A stretch of DNA of 22,591 nt from an uncultured virus (IMG/VR IMGVR_UViG_3300005239_000666) (taxonomy: Duplodnaviria; Heunggongvirae; Uroviricota; Caudoviricetes), in IMG/VR virus record IMGVR_UViG_3300005239_000666. One strand, given 5' to 3'. This document shows positions 17,291 to 22,591 of the stretch, piece after piece. How positions within the stretch are numbered: the stretch's first letter is position 1; the number at the start of each line of letters is the position of its first letter. The notes under the pieces are model-generated. The model worked only from the letters and a program-made list of their open reading frames with translations, made no database searches and was not told where the DNA came from. The translations under genes and the position numbers were made by a program.

Positions 17291-17959
17291 TCAGGTTACT
17301 CTTTCAGAAATTACCATTGGTTTTCCATCACTGATATATAATAAATCATCTACATCGGTTACAAGATCAATCGTTGACCATTGTCCAGATTCTTTAATTT
17401 TTCTATATAAATTAGTAAATGAGTTCATGTATCTTTCAGGTCCTACACCTGAAGTTTCATAATCACCACAAGCAGGTAATAATATTTGTGTATAGTGACC
17501 TTGTTCAGCCCAACGCAAAGCAGAATAGTCCAATGTTCCTAATACACATCCAGCAGTATTCATTCCACATACAATAACGTTTTTTACTTTATAACCTTTT
17601 TGTTCAAACTGGTCTTTTATCCATTTAATATTAGTAGGTTCTAAAAATTTATTGTGAACATCTATTTTATTAGGATTTGGTACTTCTAACCATTGTGTAA
17701 AGTTAATCTCGTTAACCTGAGCTTTGAGTTGTCGTAACATATTCCTATCATTGTACATAGGATCTGTAACATCTTGATCATCTATTTGATCTGATACTAT
17801 TAATAGTCCATGTTCTTGCGAAGCATGTTCAAATAATATTTTTTTTAACGTACTAAAACGAAGATCGTTAAGTTCTTTGTCATTAAGTAAATCAGCATTA
17901 CCATCAAAGTGTATTAATACTAATAAAGTTTTTTCTTCAAGTTGTTTTTTTATATACAT
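17291..17959 (-). CDS. Divergent isochorismatase-fold cysteine hydrolase-like protein
   Basis: VKNVIVCGMNTAGCVLGT matches the family motif hhhxGxxxxxCVxxT, followed by A--GHYTQILLPACG. The first strand TLLVLIHF has His where the family has the catalytic Asp. Confidence 0.5.
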   Translation of the reverse strand: MYIKKQLEEKTLLVLIHFDGNADLLNDKELNDLRFSTLKKILFEHASQEHGLLIVSDQIDDQDVTDPMYNDRNMLRQLKAQVNEINFTQWLEVPNPNKIDVHNKFLEPTNIKWIKDQFEQKGYKVKNVIVCGMNTAGCVLGTLDYSALRWAEQGHYTQILLPACGDYETSGVGPERYMNSFTNLYRKIKESGQWSTIDLVTDVDDLLYISDGKPMVISERVT

Positions 17960-17961
17960 TA

Positions 17962-18717
17962 TTAATCTTCAAATGCCCACGTCTTCTCGTTACACCAAAA
18001 ACATTTACCACAATTTTCTAGTGTTTGAGACCAAGCACATGATTTAGTTAAAGGATATAAACTATCCATTAGATTGTGTTCTTTAAAAACACCTGCTACA
18101 AATTTTTTATCGTTTCTTAAATAAGGTTGATACGTAAGACCACCTTTATCTATTGTGTCCATAACTTTTAGTTTACTTTCACCAGGATCTCTTTTTCTTT
18201 CTGCTACTTCATAAAATCCTCTTTCTTTCTGTACATCTACAGGAGGATTAGAAGTCATAGCCATAACAACAGGTGCGTCATACTGTAAAGACATTTTTGA
18301 TCTCTTGTCTCTATTTTGTAAAGCCTTTGAACAACCATTTAACGTTCCCCACATAGAAACTTTTTTGCCATTTACAACAACACTACCTTTTGGTGAGGCC
18401 ATTGCTTCTTTTGCTTTTGCTTGCCAAACTGGATCAGATGTAGATACTGTAAATATCCGTAGATCATGTAGTTTAGGAAATTTGTTTTGTAACCATTGAT
18501 GTACTTCTATAGCACGTTCAGTGTCTATAGGACAGTCTTCATCTTTGGTATGAAAAGGGTACATATCTATATTAGGAAAGTTTGTTCCTATTAAGTATGT
18601 AAGTGATGATGAATCACAACCACCTGATAGTGATACTACGACTTTTTCTGGTGGTCCGTCTGGAAAATGTTCTTTTCCAAATAAGTCAATAGTTTGATTG
18701 CCGTATGTTAGTTTCAT
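17962..18717 (-). CDS. QueC-like PP-loop ATP pyrophosphatase
   Basis: VVVSLSGGCDSS PP-loop; C-terminal TKSC-x8-CGKCFWC zinc motif as in QueC; AGGAG SD upstream. Confidence 0.8.
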   Translation of the reverse strand: MKLTYGNQTIDLFGKEHFPDGPPEKVVVSLSGGCDSSSLTYLIGTNFPNIDMYPFHTKDEDCPIDTERAIEVHQWLQNKFPKLHDLRIFTVSTSDPVWQAKAKEAMASPKGSVVVNGKKVSMWGTLNGCSKALQNRDKRSKMSLQYDAPVVMAMTSNPPVDVQKERGFYEVAERKRDPGESKLKVMDTIDKGGLTYQPYLRNDKKFVAGVFKEHNLMDSLYPLTKSCAWSQTLENCGKCFWCNEKTWAFED

Positions 18718-18726
18718 AATAACTCC

Positions 18727-19598
18727 TTAATAATTAGTTTCTCTTTTTGCTTTTAAATAATACTCCTCTAGTTCAGGATGTGTTGTGAATAAATCGTGTC
18801 CTTCTTTTTTACTAAAGCCATTTTGATCTAAATCTTGACAGTAATCAATAGTTTTAATAAATTCTTCAACATCTTGTTCCTTGTCTAGTGCCTTTAGAAT
18901 ATTAGGATAATCTTTATATAGTGGTTTTAGTTTTTCCTTAATTTCTTTAGGTAAATTCTTTACTTGTAATATTCTTGGGTGTTCAATAATATAAAACGTA
19001 TGTTGTATACCCATTTCTTTTAACATAGCAATTAGTTTATAATTTTCTAATACAGATAAAAAGGATATTACAGAGTGAACATTAACTCTTGCATTTCTTC
19101 TAGCTCTCATAGTTTTCATATTATCTACAAGAGAAGTCCAATCTGATTTTTTTCTTAAATAGTCATTGTATTTACCATAACTATCTATAGATATTTTCAT
19201 AACAAATTCTTTAAAATGATCAAAGTAATCTCTAAAGTTATATCCGTCCATATCAAATACAGATAAATTTGTTTTGTATATTAAATCTATACCTTTTGAG
19301 TAACCTGTTGCTACTAATTTGTCTAATAGTTTGTAGTGGTTTTTCATAACTAAAGGTTCGCCACCAATTAGTTTTATTGATCTAGTATACTTCGCTACAG
19401 AGGCAACATCATCTAAATATGGTTCATCATCATGTTTCAAAGTATTCATTCTTTCACCATCTTTAGGGTCTAAATCTGGATCATATACTTTTTTTAATTG
19501 TTTTAGTGAGAGAGTTCTAGTGTTAGCACTTCTTGGTGTACACATATAACAATCTAGATTACAAGCATTACCAAACATTTTCATTTTAATATCTAGTA
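18727..19598 (-). CDS. Radical SAM protein (N-terminus lost in the gap)
   Basis: GNACNLDCYMC (CxxxCxxC), IGGEPL, YKTN, ISIDS---NDYLR. The frame stays open upstream of Met 19584 (LDIK) into the N run. Confidence 0.88.
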
Positions 19599-19895
19599 NN
19601 NNNNNNNNNNNNNNNNNNNNNNNNNNNNNNNNNNNNNNNNNNNNNNNNNNNNNNNNNNNNNNNNNNNNNNNNNNNNNNNNNNNNNNNNNNNNNNNNNNNN
19701 NNNNNNNNNNNNNNNNNNNNNNNNNNNNNNNNNNNNNNNNNNNNNNNNNNNNNNNNNNNNNNNNNNNNNNNNNNNNNNNNNNNNNNNNNNNNNNNNNNNN
19801 NNNNNNNNNNNNNNNNNNNNNNNNNNNNNNNNNNNNNNNNNNNNNNNNNNNNNNNNNNNNNNNNNNNNNNNNNNNNNNNNNNNNNNNNNNNNNNN
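19599..19895. other. Assembly gap (~297 N)
   Basis: Run of N. Confidence 1.
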
Positions 19896-20483
19896 CATTT
19901 CTTTATTATCTTCGGTATATTTACCTAACCATTCTGGTGGTGTTAAAGTAAGTTTACATTTATTTTCTTTTACTTTCCAGTTGACATAGTTTTGTTCACC
20001 ATAGTATTTAAAATGTACAACACCTTTAAGGTAATAATTTAATTGCCAAAACGTTGGATTAAGTGCAAAATCGTCCCATATATGCTTAAGTTGTCCTGAT
20101 TTAAATTTGTAAAAACCTCCATTTAATTTAATTCCATTAGACCACCATTGACCATACGATACTAGTTCATTATCACCGACAGGAAAACCTATAAGATCAT
20201 CTACATTACCTACAACAACTTGATCTATATCCATTATTATTATATCATCACCTGGCTGCTGACCGCCAAATAGAGGACTAAAAAATTTTAATTTATGCCA
20301 GTGTTTTTTAACATCACTATAATGATTATAAGGTAGTACAACATCTGCCTCAACATTAGGATCATCACTTATACATACTGATTTAAAAGGTATACTACTA
20401 TTCTTTCTTAAAGCTCTATAAAAGTTACCAACATAATCTGGTGTGTAAGTACCTTTATAATATACAGTGCATATTCTAAGCAT
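19896..20483 (-). CDS. GT-A-like glycosyltransferase (C-terminus lost in the gap)
   Basis: YTPDYV--FYRAL, CISDD, HWHKLKFF, IIIMDIDQVV (DxD), LNGGFYKF and GEQNYV. Confidence 0.72.
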
Positions 20484-21330
20484 CCAGTTTTCTCCATATC
20501 AAATCAAATCTTTTATTAATGGCATGTATAAGTTTGGCTGTCACAGGAATAAACATTTGACTATCAAAAAAATAGTGCCAATCTTCATCTAACCATTGTA
20601 CTGGTACTTTCTTTTCTTTTAACTTAACAGCAAATAGTGTCTCGTTATCATAACCAAAGAAATCAGAAATTTTTTTAGGAAATATATCTGATTCACCTAT
20701 AAGACTTGTCATTAATTTAAGGTCATCTTTAAAATCAGTAAAGTATTCTAATTGATCTAAATGCTTTTTGCTAATACCTACTATACCTGTATTAATAACG
20801 TCATTTTCGGAACTTAATCCTTTTTCTATTAACATAGCTTGAGCATTGTAGTATTTGGCGTTTGGACTTCTTATTGTTTGTGTTCTTTCAGTTATTTTTT
20901 GAATAGGAAATACTTTATCATTATTATTTAAAACACATATACCTTTTGATAAGTCCCACACTTCAAAAAAGTTTTCATCTGTATTAGGAACAACATCAAA
21001 GTCTAGGTACAATACTTCATCGTATTTTTTACCATACTCATATAATAAGTGTATCTTAAAAAAGTTTACTATATTATAACTTGTAATTTCTGGATAGTTT
21101 TCTCTAAAGAATTTATAGTACTCTGTATAGTCTTCAACCATTTCAAAATCTACACCAATTGTTTTAGCGTACTCAACTTTACAATCTACCAATCTTTGAT
21201 AGTTTAATTGAAATTCATTTTTGGTATTATAGTTTGTGTGTACAGCTTCTGGTTTCTTTATATGATCATCAAATAAATCTAACTCAGCTTTAGGTATATC
21301 TATGAATAAACTAAATATTATTCTTTTCAT
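20476..21330 (-). CDS. GT-A-like glycosyltransferase (GT8/GT34-like pattern)
   Basis: EYAKTIGVDF, FKIHLL, YDEVLYLDFDVV (DxD), INTGIV, DNETLF, LDEDWHY and LIHAINK. Confidence 0.75.
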   Translation of the reverse strand: MKRIIFSLFIDIPKAELDLFDDHIKKPEAVHTNYNTKNEFQLNYQRLVDCKVEYAKTIGVDFEMVEDYTEYYKFFRENYPEITSYNIVNFFKIHLLYEYGKKYDEVLYLDFDVVPNTDENFFEVWDLSKGICVLNNNDKVFPIQKITERTQTIRSPNAKYYNAQAMLIEKGLSSENDVINTGIVGISKKHLDQLEYFTDFKDDLKLMTSLIGESDIFPKKISDFFGYDNETLFAVKLKEKKVPVQWLDEDWHYFFDSQMFIPVTAKLIHAINKRFDLIWRKLDA

Positions 21331-21982
21331 TTTTCGCTTCTTCCCATGACATTATCGGATCAGGAGAACCTTCCATTTTTCCTACTATTATAAATCTTGT
21401 ACCTCTATAATCTGTTACCTTTTCCTCTGATAATACAGTTGCATTACTAGGTAATTGTTTTTTAAAATCTTCTATGTTATCTACACAATTAATATGGCCT
21501 TCAATATCAAACATGTTATTTGATGTAAAAGCAAAATGTGTAGGTGTTGTTCTACCCCACCAAGGATTTTTCATTATTGGTGCTGGCCCCCATTCTTTCA
21601 TAGGTTTCATATGTTCGCAAGATGTATTAATAAACAAATCAACACCATCATACTGATCTCTATATTTTTCAAATACATCACCTGTAATCCAGTCAATGTT
21701 CCAATCTGGAAATATTCTATATTTTGATCTACTAATTACTTGAGCGTCTGTATCTACACATACAATTTGTTTTACTTTATGATAAAATGCAGGTATTAAA
21801 ATACTACCATACCAACTGCCAAATATAACTATTTTTGAATCTTTATTTAAAAAATCTAATTTGTTTATAGCTTCAACTAGTTTTAATTTAGTATTAAATT
21901 GATTAGGACTTAATGAGTCTAATAGATCATCATTCTCCCTGATCTCTGCCATTATGTTTTTTAATATTGGTAAATCTATCAT
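21311..21982 (-). CDS. Class I SAM-dependent methyltransferase-like protein
   Basis: Motif I IVIFGSWYG, acidic VCVDTD, WITGDV and DLFINTSCEHM; ATGA overlap with the upstream gene. Confidence 0.72.
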   Translation of the reverse strand: MIDLPILKNIMAEIRENDDLLDSLSPNQFNTKLKLVEAINKLDFLNKDSKIVIFGSWYGSILIPAFYHKVKQIVCVDTDAQVISRSKYRIFPDWNIDWITGDVFEKYRDQYDGVDLFINTSCEHMKPMKEWGPAPIMKNPWWGRTTPTHFAFTSNNMFDIEGHINCVDNIEDFKKQLPSNATVLSEEKVTDYRGTRFIIVGKMEGSPDPIMSWEEAKNEKNNI

Positions 21983-22590
21983 TTTCTTATTATATAGTCA
22001 TTTATAACTAATATATCTAGTTTAGTTTTCTTAAATGTTTTTAATGCATTTTCAGGTGTTTCTATTATAGGTTCTTGACAGTTAAAACTTGTGTTAAGTA
22101 ACATAGGTACACCAGTAATTTCTCCAAACTCTCTTATTAGTTCATAGAATTTATTATTGTCATTTTTGTTTACAGTTTGTATTCTAGCCGTACCATCAAC
22201 GTGAGTAACACCAGGTATTACATTTTTCATTTCTGGTTTAACTTTACATATTCTTGACATGTAAGGACTAGTTTGGTTAGTATCAAAATATTGTTTATAG
22301 TGTTCTTCTAAAACTGCTGGTGCAAATGGTCTAAAATCTTCTCTCATTTTAATAGTACTGTTAATAATATCTTTAATATCTGGATTTCTTACATCTGCTA
22401 ATATACTTCTATTACCTAATGCACGATTGCCACTTTCTGATTTACCTTGAAACCAACCTACTATTTTACCATCAGCAATTGCCTGAGCAACTTCTTTATA
22501 TGAGGTTAATTTTTCAGCACCTTTATAGTAATCATATGATTTACCAGCATAGACGTTAGACTTATGTATATTATTGTTTATTGTATAATC
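21979..22590 (-). CDS. Carbamoyltransferase (NodU/CmcH/TobZ family), C-terminal part; 5' end lies outside the window
   Basis: Frame is open to the window edge: GKIVGWFQGKSESGNRALGNRSILAD...KMREDFRPFAPAVLEE...SPYM...VTHVDGTARIQTV...LLNTSFN. The track start at 22347 is an internal Met. Confidence 0.95.
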   Translation of the reverse strand, partial: DYTINNNIHKSNVYAGKSYDYYKGAEKLTSYKEVAQAIADGKIVGWFQGKSESGNRALGNRSILADVRNPDIKDIINSTIKMREDFRPFAPAVLEEHYKQYFDTNQTSPYMSRICKVKPEMKNVIPGVTHVDGTARIQTVNKNDNNKFYELIREFGEITGVPMLLNTSFNCQEPIIETPENALKTFKKTKLDILVINDYIIRK

Positions 22591-22591
22591 G

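Noticed and set aside
19593..19895. Track's 296-aa length for ORF 19593-20483
   Set aside because: The last ~100 residues are translated Ns; the true stop is unknown.
18305..21727. Plus-strand ORFs 18305-18499, 21474-21656 and 21536-21727
   Set aside because: Antisense to motif-bearing enzyme genes, with no independent support.
21999..22006. TATAAATG on the minus strand upstream of the methyltransferase
   Set aside because: One mismatch, inside a coding region of very AT-rich DNA, and the gene is already coupled by an ATGA overlap.
1..22591. tRNA, CRISPR array, DGR template/variable repeats, homing endonuclease, rho-independent terminators
   Set aside because: Intergenic spaces are under ~60 nt. 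I saw no near-identical nucleotide repeats, reverse transcriptase or nuclease motifs, or GC hairpins with U-tails. The gp7 duplication differs at all base types, not only adenines.

Overview
AT-rich fragment of a T4-like myovirus genome, most likely a marine phage. A SAR11/HTVC008M-like pelagiphage is inferred from low GC, gene order and protein style, not proven. The + strand (1-16710) is a late structural block with T4 late promoters (TATAAATA). It holds a small lipoprotein missed by the ORF track, a Cys-rich mini-protein, a PAAR spike tip, baseplate genes gp25, gp6, gp7-like and gp8, a gp9/gp10-headed YadA-like fibre, a ~2,000-aa VrlC-like virion protein broken by one frameshift, a second fibre-like protein and an NAD-dependent epimerase. 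Converging on it from the - strand is a tightly packed enzyme cassette: carbamoyltransferase (partial), SAM methyltransferase, three DxD glycosyltransferase-like proteins, a radical SAM enzyme, a QueC-like PP-loop enzyme and a divergent isochorismatase-fold cysteine hydrolase. This cassette is the best candidate for an undescribed system (a glycan, virion or DNA hypermodification pathway). Two N-gaps (5456-5475, 19599-19895), a diverged duplication around the first gap and the frameshift show the assembly is imperfect and possibly a strain mosaic. All family calls come from motif recognition by eye, with no database searches.
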